Positions 44,695 through 60,167 of a stretch of DNA of 64,000 nucleotides are shown here, piece by piece. The notes beneath the pieces were generated by a model that did no database searches, was not told the DNA's origin, and saw nothing but the letters and a program-made list of their open reading frames with translations. The first letter of the stretch is position 1, and the number at the start of each line of letters is the position of its first letter. Made by a program: the position numbers and the translations under genes. This DNA comes from Eledone cirrhosa. Lineage: Eukaryota. The stretch lies in assembly GCA_964016885.1 (NCBI GenBank), contig OZ024746.1, positions 82,088,001 to 82,152,000 of the forward strand, read 5' to 3'.

Positions 44695-45539
44695 CATACA
44701 TATATATATATTAAGGATGTAATGATAAACAAATTGGCTGATTACCGATTTGTCTGTCACCGATTATCTATAATGTAATTATGCATTATGATATGAAAAT
44801 GCGTATTGTTATTAATTTTAAATATTACATTATAATGTTTTATAATTACTCACTATTATGGAGCTACTACTGGAAAGAATATGATGGCAACATATGGCTA
44901 GTTTTACCGGAGGAGATAACATATACGAGCCTGCTAGAAATCGGCTATGCTCTTTAAAAAGAGTATGTTTTCTGTTTTTTCATCATAACTTACTAGATCG
45001 TAAATTTGATCATTAAATTTTATTTTTAGTTTGAGTAAATTAAGATAACAGGAATCAATATTTACTGTGAAAATGTGAATACTTTTAAATAGATATGTAA
45101 TCAAAAACTTTTTTCTTTTTAATCAATTCACTTTTAAAAGATCAATTAAACACATATCCCTTCGTGGGAGTGGTTAGACGATCTCTTTTCTACTTAGATT
45201 CTCTTTAACCTACAGGGAAATACATCCCCAGCAAGTCAGTCCCTAATATTTTCCAATTGTCCATATCAACACATTCGAACATTAGGAACATAGCCAGAGT
45301 ACAATAGTGGGCTTAGATTGGAAATAATATGTTTCTTATATATTTCTATATGTTGAAGTCAATGTGTTTTTCTGAATTTCTCTGTCGTCCGTAACTGTTA
45401 CTCCAACACACGTGCCTTTCAATAATAATACATAACTTTAATGGCCGATTATCAAAACAGACAGATCAGCAAAATAAGTCGCATGCTAACGAGAGCTGGA
45501 GCTAGACCTAGGAGTTCAGAAGATTTTCAGTGGCTAAAA

Positions 45540-45870
45540 AGAAATAAGGTATACATGCTTCGGTTGATGTGTAGTGTTATTGTGCATGAACAACAGAGAA
45601 AAAGTGAATCAAGAGAAAAGTTGAGTGTAAGAGGTAGCGAAGGAAACGTGCAAGAGAGACGATTGCTCTTGAATGGCTCTGTGATACGTAATTTAAGCAA
45701 AAAGTGTCGAACGCTTAAAGTGGCTGGAAGTTGTGGAAGAGGGTGACTAAGGAAGATGTGGGAAGAAGTTGTGAAGAATAACCTAAAATAACTGAATCTC
45801 ATGAAGGATATGACACAGTGCCGAACAGACTGGTGATAAAACATAATAGAAAAAAACCCGTTCACCAGTA
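45540..45870 (+). mobile_element. Degenerate RTE LINE 3' end
   Basis: MLRLMC..RRLL..KKCRTLKVAGSCGRG..KMWEEV resembles an RTE C-terminus. Confidence 0.55.
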
Positions 45871-46190
45871 CAAGCTCCGAGTCACTAAAAGTAAACGTTG
45901 GGAGAGACAGGAAGCTACAGTGTTTAGCAATCGAATGGAGTCAATGTAATATCTGAGTGATTCCTTCAACCTTGACGAGCATGTGACAACCTCACTACTG
46001 CTGGAGTTACGATAAAACACACCTCGTCCATCTTGAAAGCGGTAGTGCTGGTGCCACGATAAAAAGCACCCAGTACACACTGTAAGGTTATTGGCACTAG
46101 TAAGGGCATCCAGTCGTAGAAACCAAGCCACAGAGGGAACTATAAGCAAGATGTGTTCGCTCCAGCCCGTTATAGCAAGTGGGCGTAAAA

Positions 46191-46379
46191 ATAATTGTTT
46201 CTACTTTAGGCACAAGGCCAGCAATTATCCAGTGCATTACTGGTACCTTATTTTATCGACCCCGTAAGGATGAAAGGCAAAGTCAACCTCGGCGGGATTT
46301 GAACTCAGATCGTAAAGGGACGTAACTATGCTGGAAAGCATGGCGTCCGACCCTCTACCGATACTGCCAATCCACCACC
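46191..46379 (-). mobile_element. SINE family 1 with target-site duplication
   Basis: Flanked by direct repeat agtgggcgtaaaaataat at ~46178-46195 and ~46380-46397. Confidence 0.9.
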
Positions 46380-47044
46380 AGTGGGCGTAAAAATAATGAT
46401 ACATACATACATACATACATCCATACATACGTACATACATATACATACATACATGTATACATATATACATACATACATGCATACATGCATACGTACGTAC
46501 ATACATATGCATACATATACGTAGTTACTCTTTCCCGTAAATACAAACATACATACACCCATACAAATGCACGTTCACATCTGTGCATATATGTATGTAT
46601 CACGGGTTTGTCAATTATTTTGTTTTGCAACATTGAAATATTACACCACTATATATTATATTTGCAGTCTGTTTTGTCAATATACAAAGCAAATTTACAA
46701 TAATATATGGATATTGTCATTATCTTCGTATTATAGTTAATTTGTTTTGTTGACAGTCATGGGATGGATTTAATCACGTCTGGGGTTGTAATGGTGTGGG
46801 GGAGAGGAGTCGTCGTTATTCCTATTGTAATTTTTATTGAAGAAGTAAATTGACTCGGTGTTGTTTCTAATATAAGTATTGCCTATATAACTTGTCTCAA
46901 AGTTGAATTACGGAGGAGTATTGGAAGGAAATGTATCTCGATGGTAGCTATCAAACCACGATGTTTATTGTTAGAATATTGAGTACTGATGCTAATTTCT
47001 TTACATTCTACTCACGGCAGTGTCCTTCTATTCTGTATAATGGA

Positions 47045-47143
<99 letters not shown>

Positions 47144-48543
47144 TTATAAGATGTAGCGTTGTTACATTGTCTTTCCAAGCATCTCATATATCTTTTGTTT
47201 GCAGTTAAGTTTGTTCTATAGACGTTATAGTTATAGGGGTTTCTTGAATTGATATGTCCGACTGATTAATGACCTAACGAATCTACCTGGGATTTCTTAA
47301 GTTTCAGTTCATCTAAAGCTGTTTTATAAAATAAAATCTGTTGGCTAGTATGCTCTTTAGCCTCAACAAATATTGTCCTCTGAAAGTTGTCTGTCATACT
47401 ATGAGACTGTCTTTACCTTTCTACTGTGTTTCATAGCTTGCTCTAAAACATAAATGATACATTATTTGCATCGTTGCAAACAAAGCACCAGTAATGCACT
47501 GGCGTAATTGCTGTGCCAAAAGTAGAAACAATTATTTGCATCGTTGTTGATGTTTTGGAACTTTTTCCTGGCTCTTTTCTACTCCTTGATTCTATCCAGT
47601 TTATTATATCTCAAGAGGGATGAAATCTAGAAGATGTTTTAGTAGTTCACAGGGATGACACATGCAGGGTATATTTGTGCTCAAATTTATCGCGTCTACA
47701 ATTAGGATGTTTGTTTTTAGAGTTATCTCATATAGTGGAGCTTTGTTGGATCAGTTACTGTGTGACCATAGATTTCATATTATGCGAACTGAAGAGCCTT
47801 ATTTCATTATCTATGGTTTCTTGCCAGTGATAAACTACTTGTGGGTATTAATGGATAGATACTTAACTATATGCTGTTAGCTGTGTGTTGGATGTCCTTC
47901 GTTGTGTTCTCTTCTAATTCCTGGGTACTGTCTTGTGGGGATGCTTTCAATACAACATTTATACTATTTGAATATTGGGAGTACATAACCACACGAAGTG
48001 CTGTCTAAGAGATTGCCTACATTACCAGCAATACTACAATCGATAGCTGCTTTTCCTTGAATGTATAGCTTATTATTGAATATGTATTATTAAATATGTA
48101 GCTTTTCGGTGTTGTGTTTATGTTGGAAGCTACGGCATGTGGAATTGTATTTTTCAAGTGATTTTTGTTTTCCAGGGATCGGATTGGTTTGGGCCATCTT
48201 TTCCAATCCTCACTAGATGCGTGAACATCCGGTTGACTTAAAAGACACTAAGAAAGTTTGATATTTGAAATCTACCTACAGGCTTCAAATCTTCTAAAAG
48301 CACAATTGGTGGCCAGGGACCCCTTAGAGTAATGGTTAGCGCACTTAACCAGCATCAGAGAGATGGCTATTTCAGTTCTCGAAGACACCTCTGTCCACTT
48401 TTTTTCCGCTTCCAGGGACTACTTTACCCGATTTTCGCAATATTATTTATAGTGATCGATTATTGTTAGGGTCATTTACATTGGGACAATTACATTTTAA
48501 ATTTCAAACTTCCATATGCTTCTTAAGTCACCCGGGTGGCCAC

Positions 48544-48575
<32 letters not shown>

Positions 48576-48665
48576 ATACACAGACGCTCACACACACACA
48601 CACATACACACATGCACACACATGCACACACATGCACACACACACGCACACACGCACACACGCAC

Positions 48666-48752
<87 letters not shown>

Positions 48753-48798
48753 ATCCTTATCGAGCACTCTTCGCATTTTAGTCTTCACATTTATTATT

Positions 48799-48906
<108 letters not shown>

Positions 48907-48991
48907 TATTTCAGAAGATCCCGTTAAGGGTGAAAGCAGCGATTCTTTACTTAAACTTTAATCTGTTTTTATAATAAATATATATATATAT

Positions 48992-49964
48992 AGACAAACT
49001 ATCTGGTTCTCTCTTCCCTTCTCACTCAAAGTTAAAACCAATGTAGGTAAAAAATTTCTAGCCCTCTTAGATAGATACTTCCCCATAGGTCATAAATACC
49101 GCTCCATCTTTAACCGACACAAAGTTAAACTAGGATACTCCTGCGCTAAGAACATGAAGGCCCACATCACCAGCAGCCCTAGGAGCAACACCCCACCAGG
49201 GTGCTCTTGCCGTAAGCCTGAAGCTTGCCCCCTTCAACAGCAATGCAACACACCAGCTGAAATCTATGAAGCTGTGATCACTTCCAACCGACCAAACGAA
49301 CCACAGGAGGTCAAATCCTATGTGGGCATGGCGGAGGGCCGATTAAAGGAGCGTTTCCTGAACCACCAGTCTACCTTCAGATACCCGGACAGACGTTCAT
49401 CCACGAAACTCGGGAGCCACGTATGGTCCCTCAAGGACTCAAGTATAGACTCCATTCAATGGAAAGCCATCACTAAGTCCAAGCCATACGCAAGGGGAAA
49501 TCCGACGTGTGGCTTATGTATTGACGAACGAATAACTATCCTAAAGAGATTACGCAATAGTGATTGCCTAAACACGAGAAGTGAATTTTTCACACGTTGT
49601 CCACACGTCACCAAACATCTATTGCATAACTACAAGGCTCCCGACTGATTCTTTGTAATTTTATTTTTAATTTTTTTAATTTTATTTTTAACCTAAAAAC
49701 TTTCCGGACTTTCGCAGTTATCTCCCTTACACCTCCCGCACGCAGTCTAGTATTGCCTGTGTGAAGTGACCGAGTTTCTGCGCATGCGCGTTCGTACGGT
49801 TGTCCTTCCTGTTCCTATAACCATACACATCCCGAGCTGAAGATCCGCGAAGGTGAAACAATTGTTCTCGGTATGTGAACTAATTGTTGTGTAACCACTT
49901 CTACCTAACTCGTCCCTTGGACTGAGTGCTCTACCACTACGGATATTACCTTCCAGTGTTCCAC

Positions 49965-49968
<4 letters not shown>
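48992..49968 (+). mobile_element. Penelope-like element 3' fragment: GIY-YIG ORF 49154-49648 plus pLTR
   Basis: IWFSLPFSLKVKTNVGKKFL, CSCRKPEACPL, IYEA..YVGMAEGRLKERFLNH, CLNTRSEFFTRCPH; bounded by (TA)n. Confidence 0.9.
49832..49871 (+). ncRNA. Minimal hammerhead ribozyme, family E, in the Penelope pLTR
   Basis: CCGAG CTGAAGA TCC gcgaa GGT GAAA CAATTG TT CTCGG. Confidence 0.85.
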
Positions 49969-50023
<55 letters not shown>

Positions 50024-50671
50024 GGATAGGGGGTAATCAGCTTACTAACTTACTGTTAAGAAATGTGAAGGAAAGAGAAACCACAATGATATTAACATCT
50101 AGTCCAAAAGAAATACATAAGCAATTTATATAACTTCATATAGTTACATTAAATTGTCGAAAGGCTCTCCTTTTGCAAGCACGCCACATTTGTTCTTTCG
50201 GTTGGTAAGCTAATTATAGCTGACCCTGCGCATATATTAGTTTAGTACGTTAGATAGTAATTAGATAACTACTCTAAATCTCCTCCTGGGTATCGCATAT
50301 TACAAGTAAATTTGCAATTTTAGGATCCTCGGGCGTGGATTACCCTCTTTTTAAAACTATAATATACCACCTTTTTGAATGATTTATAACTAGTTTCCTT
50401 TCGAAAGTTCGTAGGCGATAGTTACTTCACATGAGTAGAATCTTCTAGAATATAAAATTTAATTCAATCTAATGTAATTCTTTAGGCCAACATAATGGTT
50501 TCTTATATTCTTTAGGCCAACTTAATAAAGTTGGAAATAAGCTTCCTGTCGCCATCGCTAATCTAGCTAACATTTAAAAAAATCCTTTCTTCAGACATTA
50601 AAAAGAACATCTATATAAACACAAATATAGGCATGTGTGTGTTTGTGTGTGGGGGCGCATATATATAATAG

Positions 50672-50708
<37 letters not shown>

Positions 50709-50712
50709 CATG

Positions 50713-50815
<103 letters not shown>

Positions 50816-50973
50816 ACATATATATATATATGTGTGTGTGTGTGTATAATTGGTGTTGGATGCTTAAAGCGTCCGTATGCAGTAGGCCGTTTGAGCACTC
50901 GATGCTCTTGTAGAGCAGAGTATGATATCACAGAAAAAAAAAGAATCAGTGTTGCGACGAATGGAATTTATTG

Positions 50974-51069
50974 GACATATTACAATCGTTTCTCTGGCGA
51001 CCAGCTCGAGGCACGATCGATGTGATGATCGAACCTGACTCTGAAAATCGCAAGGTCCTCAGATACATC
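50974..51069 (-). ncRNA. Hammerhead ribozyme with long stem II (family J)
   Basis: GATGTAT CTGAGGA cCTtGCGA..TCAG..AGG..CGATC loop GATCG..CCT..CTGG TCGCcAGa GAAA CGATTG TA ATATGTC. Confidence 0.75.
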
Positions 51070-53372
51070 TTGATTCTACGAAGCAGATTTTCCTCGACAT
51101 CTCCACCTGAAAAAAACAAAACAATGACACTGGCTACCCGCGTAAGGGAACTTAAAGATATGAACACACTACACAAGGTAGTATGGAGAATCTTGGAGAA
51201 GACCCTTTCCTTCGCCTTCTTATATATATAATTAAAGTGGACAAACATACGATAATCGTGCTAGTTGGACATGCCACACACGGTATTATATGGTGAGTTG
51301 TTTATATAATCATTGAGTTTATTTAATTATTTATTTAGTGAAGCAGTATTTTGTAATATGTGTGTGATATGAGATGTTTTAATTTAGATTTTTATTTCAT
51401 TATCTAAGATATCAGTAAGCCTCGCATAACGGTATCTTACGGCATCGCCTAAATCAGCTTTATTGAAGCCGTCCATATTCGTAGTGCACCGAAGTATAAT
51501 TTACAGGTCACAACTATAAATTTCCATAATTTTTACTAAGCAATTCAAACTTTACTTGGTCGCTTGAAAACATAGTAAAACTGACTTATTCTATATGTGT
51601 AATTTTCTTGATAGGTTCTAGCACATTATTCATTCGCTCAATTCGTCTCTCTATCGAAATAACATAAGAATGAAATGGTCCTCTACTTATCAGGAAGCTA
51701 GAAGCTAATCTTTTCATTAATCACAAATATCTAATCGAACCTTCACAGCGCATAATTCCGGTTTTTGTAGCGCTAAGAGGAAGTGAGACGCATTTCGCTT
51801 TGGACAGGATGCTATACTATTGCAATTAACTTTCATGGAAAAAGATTGTCAGGTGTTTGTAATAGTTTGGTGAACTGAGGCAATGTAAGTAGGAGTCTCC
51901 TACTCATAAAATGAATGAAGCAACTGCAGTGTAAAGTGTTATATACTCGTTTATTTCTTCTTTAATAGAGAAGTATGAAAGGCGAAATCTACCCAACCGG
52001 ATTGGATCTCCGATATTGCAGTACTATGATAGACAATGTATCTCGTCTATGCAGGTTTTTCTTTTTCCTGTCATTGTAATGGTGCCCAGCATGATTAGAA
52101 TTATAAAGATTAAATCTAAATAAAGAAACAATTTATAAAAAGAATATATTTACACTGCCCTTCTCATATTTCTCGTAGCTACTTGGTAGACTGTCACATA
52201 CGTATGTCTCCAACAATGGTTTAAAGGGATTTTGGTCGAATATTCATAACTGCCACAGCATCCCTGAGAATATAGGAGGATTTGAACCGAACTTTTGGCG
52301 CTAGCATTCAAGTGGTTCTAGGCTGGGTCTAACAGCGCAGCATCTTGGGCAAGGTTCTTCAACCATATTGTCGATAGCGCTGTTTGCACCCAAACCTTGT
52401 GAATAACATTGTGTAAACAGAAAATTTACAGAAGCAATTAGGATGAACTGTGCCTATAGATTGTGAACTGGACTTAATCTGGCACCCGCTTAACCCTATC
52501 ATATGGATAAGTGATAGTATTTAACCGAGTGACTCTGTTACAAGCATTGGGATTAAGTATTAGGCATGAAGATAAGCCAAAGGTTATGATTTCGTCTTCC
52601 TACCAGTCTCTGGGGCCGTGCCCTTCATCCCTCGAACCACGAGGGTGGGTTGAAACGTTCATTGGCTGACTATGAAGGAGTGATGCTAGGGCTATGAAAT
52701 CTTGCATGCATTAATTTCAACTCTTACTAATAACTGCATTGTTTCTTTCCAGGGACTATATTGGAAAATAAGCCTTATTTGGTCATTCCATGAGAGTATC
52801 TCAGTCAGCCTATGAACTTTTCAGCCGATTCTTATAAATCATAGGAAAAATAATAACAAAAATACTGCCATCTTATAACGGTTGTGTGTGCTTAACTATG
52901 GTACCACTTGACACTCGAGCAACATCAGTGAGTGTGAGTGTTAAATGTTCTAATGGTGCGCACTGAATTGTACCAGTATCGTCGACACTTCAACTACGAA
53001 TGCAGCCATATTACTGTTCACTGGCCACTGATTGTCATGTCGCTTTAATATTTCTCTCCGTTCACTCAATATCTTTCCTAATCAATTATTGGATAGTCTG
53101 ATGAAAGAAGAGTTGCTGATTAATTAACTTCCAATCTACGACAATGTTGCTTTAAGTGTTGGGCCTTTTCACATTTACTGACTTTTAATTAACTGATTAT
53201 ATCTCCTACTTTAGAGTAGCACTGTACGCATGCGTCATTCTGCATGTGTATAACCACACAATCAAGAACGCACTCACATATGTGTGTGAGTATTTACGCT
53301 CACCCATACTCATATGCAGTTATATATGACTGTGTGTCGACGTGTGTGTGAATGTCTGTCAACATATATACA

Positions 53373-53495
<123 letters not shown>

Positions 53496-54070
53496 ACATA
53501 CATATATATACACATATATATGTGTGTGTGTGCGTGTACACGCGCGTGTGTGTATGTGTGTGTGTGTGTGAATGAATAACGAAATTGTTCGCTCTTAATA
53601 TATAGTTTCTGAAGTATATATGTAAATGACAATGGCATCATTATCGAATTGTTTATGTTAGCCAGTTCCCTAATGAAATATTCATCTTTCCTGTTCCAAA
53701 ATTATGTGTTCGTTTATTTCGCCTCATGAAATCAATTTTATGCGAAGTGAAACTCTTTACCAGAACAACTAATATATAATGTGATTGATTTAAAAGATTG
53801 AGTCCGTAGTTATTAGAAATTCCTCTATAGGCTTCCTCAGTTCTAAATAGTCTGTATTATGAGTTATTCTTAAACCGAATTAAGTCGATAAATAGGTATA
53901 GTGACCGAATACTACCAGAATCAAACCAAACCAACGACTCTTTTAAGTCTTCTATGCATCCGTTGGCTCTTAACTCTTGGCGGAGCTGTAGTGATATACG
54001 GCGAGTCTTGGCATTTTGAACCTGGCGAAGCCCATGCCTCATCAGGTCTAAACAGTCGATCTTTATCTTA

Positions 54071-54250
54071 AGGCGATGGATTGGCAGTATCGGTGGAGCG
54101 TCCGACGCCAAGCTTTACAATACAGAATTACGGCCCTTTACGGTCTGAGTTCAAATTCCGCCGAGGTTAACTTTGCGGGGTCGATAAAATAAAGCACCAG
54201 TAATGTATTGGGATAATTTTGGGCCTTGTGCCAAAAATAGAAACAATTAT
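54071..54250 (+). mobile_element. SINE family 1 with internal deletion
   Basis: Homology to the 33200 copy. Confidence 0.85.
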
Positions 54251-54696
54251 TTATCTTTATTTTTTTTTTTTGGGGGGGGGGGGAGTACCGATAGAGTGTC
54301 GGACACCATGCTTTGCGGCATAGAGTTGCGTCCCACATTACCATATTTATGCAGAATTTCGAACAAAAATAGGTACTTAATTTCCAATTCTCCTTGTTTA
54401 ATATATAATCATTGATAGCTGCATAAATATGGTAATGTGGTAATAATATGGACAGTGCAAAACAACTCTCTGCCAAAGCTTGATCCATATATTCCAGGGA
54501 GGAAATAATTGTTTATGAGTGTGTGTCCGTGAAACATATACCTATATACCAGGTCCGACCACAAAAAAACTCCCACTGTCACATCCTCCGTCTCCCCTGC
54601 TCTCTCCCTCTCATACTATTATGAGCAAATGAGGGCACACGTGCTGGCTGCCTGGCGGCCCCGACGGACATTATAGAGAAAAGGTTTCCGTGGAAG

Positions 54697-54747
54697 ATGG
54701 TGAAGGAGATGCGCAAATATTCGGTATCTAGAGTGGCGTTGTATCTT
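54697..54747 (+). CDS. Possible first coding micro-exon (MVKEMRKYSVSRVALYL)
   Basis: aagATGG Kozak-like context, phase-0 GTGAGT donor, upstream GC-rich patch with CACGTG; no homology recognised. Confidence 0.25.
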
Positions 54748-55766
54748 GTGAGTACGCAATGACCAACGATAACAGAAGGAACCAGTCATTCAAAGGTTGT
54801 CATGCTCTTTATTCTCTCTGCTTCAATGTTCAAACATATTTCAGCTTTTTTTCAAATTATTTTGTCTTTTTCAAATTTGGTGAAGTTGTCAACTCTAGGA
54901 ATACGACATGTACAATAAAACCGACAAAATTAACCATTTCAATTATATTTCCTTTGATCTAGTTATCTACTGATAATCTACCACATCAGCACTTTATCGT
55001 TAATAAAGAAAAGAACATAAATTTGGTATACCTGATACTTACCATGAATATATATTACTAATTTGTTCCTTCAGGGCAAAGTCAAAGTTCGCATGTATAA
55101 CCTTTCTTGTTATCAAAGCTAAGATTGAAACATTTGTTTCCTTTCCAACTATGCTCTTTTTTATATCTTGTGAAACTTGAACCAATAACTGAGCCTAGAA
55201 GCTAAATACTTTAAATAACGAATTCTTTATTACCTTGTGGATGGGTGAGTTTGTTGGCGTTTATGCGTGTTTGTGTGTGTAATTAATAGTTGGAGCTTTT
55301 GAACAATTCATTCAGTAGCTATAATTCTAGGTCAAGAGTTCTTGAAGAAATCTCATTTAATATTTAAGATATCCATCAAAATATTTCAGTAATCGATTCT
55401 TACCTCTCTGTTCTTTATTCTCCAAAGTAAGCTATCTATATTGATTTTCTCTACTAAATTAATTGTTGCTGTTTGTTACAAATAACATGTTTATTACGAT
55501 GAACAGCTTATTGTTGGTAAAATTTGTGAAAGTTTGGTTAAATCTTGAAGTTCAACCACAAATGTTCAACCACAAATGTGTTTCGAAGTTCTAAAGAGAC
55601 GATACACCAGTTGTTATATTATATCTAGACCTGAGTCTTAGAGTAAGGAATGGGAGAATCCTATGTCAACACTTTCACTGCCAAATAGGATATCGTTGCT
55701 TTATTTATGCTCTACTTCTTTTTAAATATCAGTAAAAATAATACTAAAAGTACGATATTACGTCCG

Positions 55767-55817
<51 letters not shown>

Positions 55818-55948
55818 GTGGAACACTGGAAGGTAATATCCGTAGTGGTAGAGCACTCAGTCCATGCCATGGGATGAGTTAGGTAGATGTGGTTACACAA
55901 CAGTTAGTTCACCATACTCGGTATGGTGAACTAACTGTTGTGTAACCA

Positions 55949-56026
<78 letters not shown>

Positions 56027-56188
56027 GTATAGGATTATCCTAGATGTAGTAATGGTTAATTACTACACTGGATATGGTTGACGTACGGTTGACGTATAGC
56101 ATAACTAGGCTGTAGTACCACCGTGGAAACATTTGTAAGCACACGGAATAAATTACCTTTTTATGATGTCTACCTGTTATTATTCATT

Positions 56189-56254
<66 letters not shown>

Positions 56255-56300
56255 GAAATGACAGGAGGCTGGACTTGTGTAAATCCTTGAAAGGTTTATT

Positions 56301-56358
56301 ATACTATGATCATTTCAATGACCGGGTTCCGTATGAATCCGGTGATATCATCAGGTAT
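56301..56358 (-). ncRNA. Minimal hammerhead ribozyme (family I)
   Basis: ATAC CTGATGA tATcACCGG..CCGGTcATt GAAA TGATCA TA GTAT; stem III palindrome ATGATCAT. Confidence 0.8.
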
Positions 56359-57158
56359 TCGAAATATAATAAATGAATGTAATAGATAAAATCCATGGGG
56401 CTGAAAATCAAAGACCGGAGGACGACCGCCATCCACCATCTTCCACCTTTGCCGGTCGCCCTCAAGCGAATATATATTGTATGAATGTAAACTTTTGTTT
56501 ATATCTTTGTGTCCGAAGATTTGTGATATTTTGGACGGCCTTTAGCTGTATCACTCTTAATATAAATATTAAGAAAAATATAAATGTACTAGATTAAATG
56601 AGCGAGTATGGAAGTTGAAGAATTAACTTAATCCTATCACGAATTTACAAATACTCGTATCTATAAAAATATTGATGATGACTGATTCTAGTTTTTGTAA
56701 CGGAAACCGAACACAATATACATTTGCTCCTTGTCATTGTATATGATATTTATACAAGAAACGACTGGAACCTATTCTTCTACTAGGACAACTGAGGTAC
56801 ATAGACTTCAGTCTGATATGTAGAGACAGCGAAATTCTTGCGGCAGATATGAATTCTTGATCGAAGAGACGGCTATTCAATACATTATCCGCACAGCTAT
56901 TAACTTGATATATTGCAGAAATATCTAGATGCTGAGAATCCCACACTATACTCTTGTTCGGAACAAAAATAATTCATGTAATTCTGGATGCAAGTTCTGA
57001 ACGAGAAATATTCAAGTATAAATCAGGTTCAGTGATTAGACTCGCGCCACAAAGTAGAGGGCCCACCTAAACACTGAATGTTGATATAGTAGTTATATAA
57101 GAGTAAAGGTAGATGTTTTTTTTAACCGATTATATAGATCCAAGTATTTTGTCCAGTA

Positions 57159-57215
<57 letters not shown>

Positions 57216-57217
57216 GT

Positions 57218-57248
<31 letters not shown>

Positions 57249-57268
57249 TATATGTATATATATATATG

Positions 57269-57398
<130 letters not shown>

Positions 57399-57529
57399 CA
57401 TATATATATATAGTATATAGTAATAATAATACATTTGAAGACTAAAATCCAAAGAGGGCTCGATGAGGATAAATATATATCAAATATATAAGAACCGTAG
57501 AGCAAATATTTATTAAAATAACAGATTAC

Positions 57530-57580
57530 AGTTTAAGCAAAGAATCGCTGCTTTCATCCTTAACGGGATCTTCTGAAACT
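57530..57580 (-). ncRNA. Hammerhead-like motif, U4A variant (family M; also 40387-40437 minus and 48908-48957 plus)
   Basis: AGTTT CAGAAGA TCCC gttaa GGAT GAAA GCAG cgattct TTGC TT AAACT. Confidence 0.6.
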
Positions 57581-57599
57581 AACAAAGTCAATCTATCTA

Positions 57600-57677
<78 letters not shown>

Positions 57678-57692
57678 CATATATATATATAC

Positions 57693-57737
<45 letters not shown>

Positions 57738-57776
57738 TATATACATATATATATACATATATATATATATACATAC

Positions 57777-58010
<234 letters not shown>

Positions 58011-58049
58011 GTATGTATATATATATATATGTATATATATATGTATATA

Positions 58050-58133
<84 letters not shown>

Positions 58134-58294
58134 CATATATAATCGGAAAAAATGAAACGAAATTTCATTTCCCACTCTTAGTACGGCTGTTACTTAAATA
58201 TAAGTATGTATACGTACATACATATATGTATACAGACGTACAGTAGTATGTATATATATATACATACATGCACACATATATATATGTACGTATG

Positions 58295-59962
58295 GATTCA
58301 CCGAACATTTATTATAATGCTCGGTGTGTTTGTAAACAAACATCCCGTATTAAGCCGTAGTGTCTAGCAATCATCGTTGCTCGTTTGTTCAACACTGACA
58401 AAGGAACGCTGTACTAGTTTCAAGCTTATTAGCTATCGTCAGCAACGTATACCTTCCTGCCAGATGATTGAACGTCTGAAAGTATATACTTTCCTTATTC
58501 ATATTAACGGCTGAGCAGCCTAATTTGCATATCGAGTGGGTTAATCGGCCGGGTGCACCGAAAACGATAAACAGAAAAAATGAAACGAGTTAAGTTTATA
58601 TGGAAAGCAAGCGTGATTTCATGTGTGGGCAACTGGTGAAAATTTCTGTTTTTGCATTTAGGCAGGTTTTTGGTGATTTAAGGTTCTGTAAAATCCAATA
58701 TTTTTCACTTATGCAGAGTGTGCATCTTCTTGTTCCTCTTGCATGTTCTTTAGATTGGTTCAAAATTGACCAATTTAATTTATATTGGATACCTTGGTCT
58801 TTCAAATCCCATATTCTGCTAGCCAGAGCTGTTGTAAATCTTTTTTCAGGATGTCGGAAAGATGCGACATGTGAGTAATAACGTGTTTTGAATTTGTCTT
58901 GTGTCATACCCACATATCATTCGCTGGTGGCTGGTAGGTTGTTGCTGGTGGTTGTCACTTTAGCCGCATATACAATGGCTTTGGTATTGCATTTACCTTG
59001 TAATGGGCATTCACTTTTGACTCCACAGGAGCAATTTTGATGTTCTCTGGGTATTTTGTTATTGAGGATATAAGATTTAATAGGGGGACCGCAGGAGTAG
59101 CTGATTTTGACACAGTTTCTATTGAAGATCTTATAGTATCTATGTGTTCTAGGGAAATGTTTATCTAAGAGCTCTAGGAATTTTTTGCCTACATTAGTTT
59201 TAACTGCTAAAGAGTAGGAGGGGGTGTGAACCAGATTATTTTTATTTTCCTATTATTATGTTTAAAGGAGTTAGTATTGTTGGGTATGTACTTAATCGGT
59301 TCGCTAAATCCACTATTTTGGAGGGCTTTATTATAGTAGGGGGATGCCTTATTGAAAATAACTTCTGAGGAAGAGAGGTGGAGATCCTACGGCTAATATT
59401 AGGGATAAGATTTTTAAAAACTATAGGAGGATGGCAAGAGCCTTTATTTATATATTTTAAATTTTCATTAGGTTTATAGTACGGTTTATAAGAAGCAGTA
59501 GGCAGATCTAGGTTTATATCTAGAAAATTAACATTAGAAAAGTTAGTGTCAATGGTAATTTTAAGATTAAAACTAGCGAAGGTTTTTATTAAGTCTTTCC
59601 TGAATCTATCTAAGTTATGGCCTATAGTGGTATGGGAAAGTATTAGACCATCGTCACGATAAAGCCCAAAGGTATGGTTAGGGAATTTCTCTTTAAGTGT
59701 GTGTAGGAGGAATAGGCCGACTAAATCACACACGTTAGCACTGTCAAAAGAACCCATTGAGACATCGAATGGGTTCTCTGGGTTAGATTTTTTACCCAAG
59801 TGTCATTATTAGTAAACAGTAAAGTGTTTCTAGCATGCAAAATGACATTCTCTTCAATATCAGAAATATTGATAAACTTCCTAGCGAAATGTAATGCTTT
59901 CGTTAAAAGAGCGTGAGTAATAGACGGGTAGAAGTCTACAATGTCAAATTGGGTTAATCTAG

Positions 59963-59966
<4 letters not shown>
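58295..59966 (-). mobile_element. Penelope-like retrotransposon, 5'-truncated (RT, GIY-YIG, pLTR), frameshifted
   Basis: FDIVDFYPSI, VSMGSFD, YRDDGL, NFLDINL, IVY..YVGMT..FKTRY, CLNAKTEIFTSCPH; bounded by (TA)n. Confidence 0.93.
58407..58447 (-). ncRNA. Minimal hammerhead ribozyme in the Penelope pLTR (family H)
   Basis: CGTTG CTGACGA tAGCT aata AGCTt GAAA CTAG TA CAGCG; stem III palindrome ACTAGT. Confidence 0.88.
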
Positions 59967-60014
<48 letters not shown>

Positions 60015-60094
60015 TCTAACCACTAAGCCATGGGCGTTCACATGTATATATATATATACATGTGAAGGGAAGTCGCATGGCTTAGTCGTTAGAG

Positions 60095-60165
<71 letters not shown>

Positions 60166-60167
<2 letters not shown>

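Noticed and set aside
56590-57080. Degenerate LINE endonuclease-like remnants (also ~34300-34990 and ~47150-48300)
   Set aside because: Only faint motif echoes (IQET, ADMN); cannot be supported without a profile search
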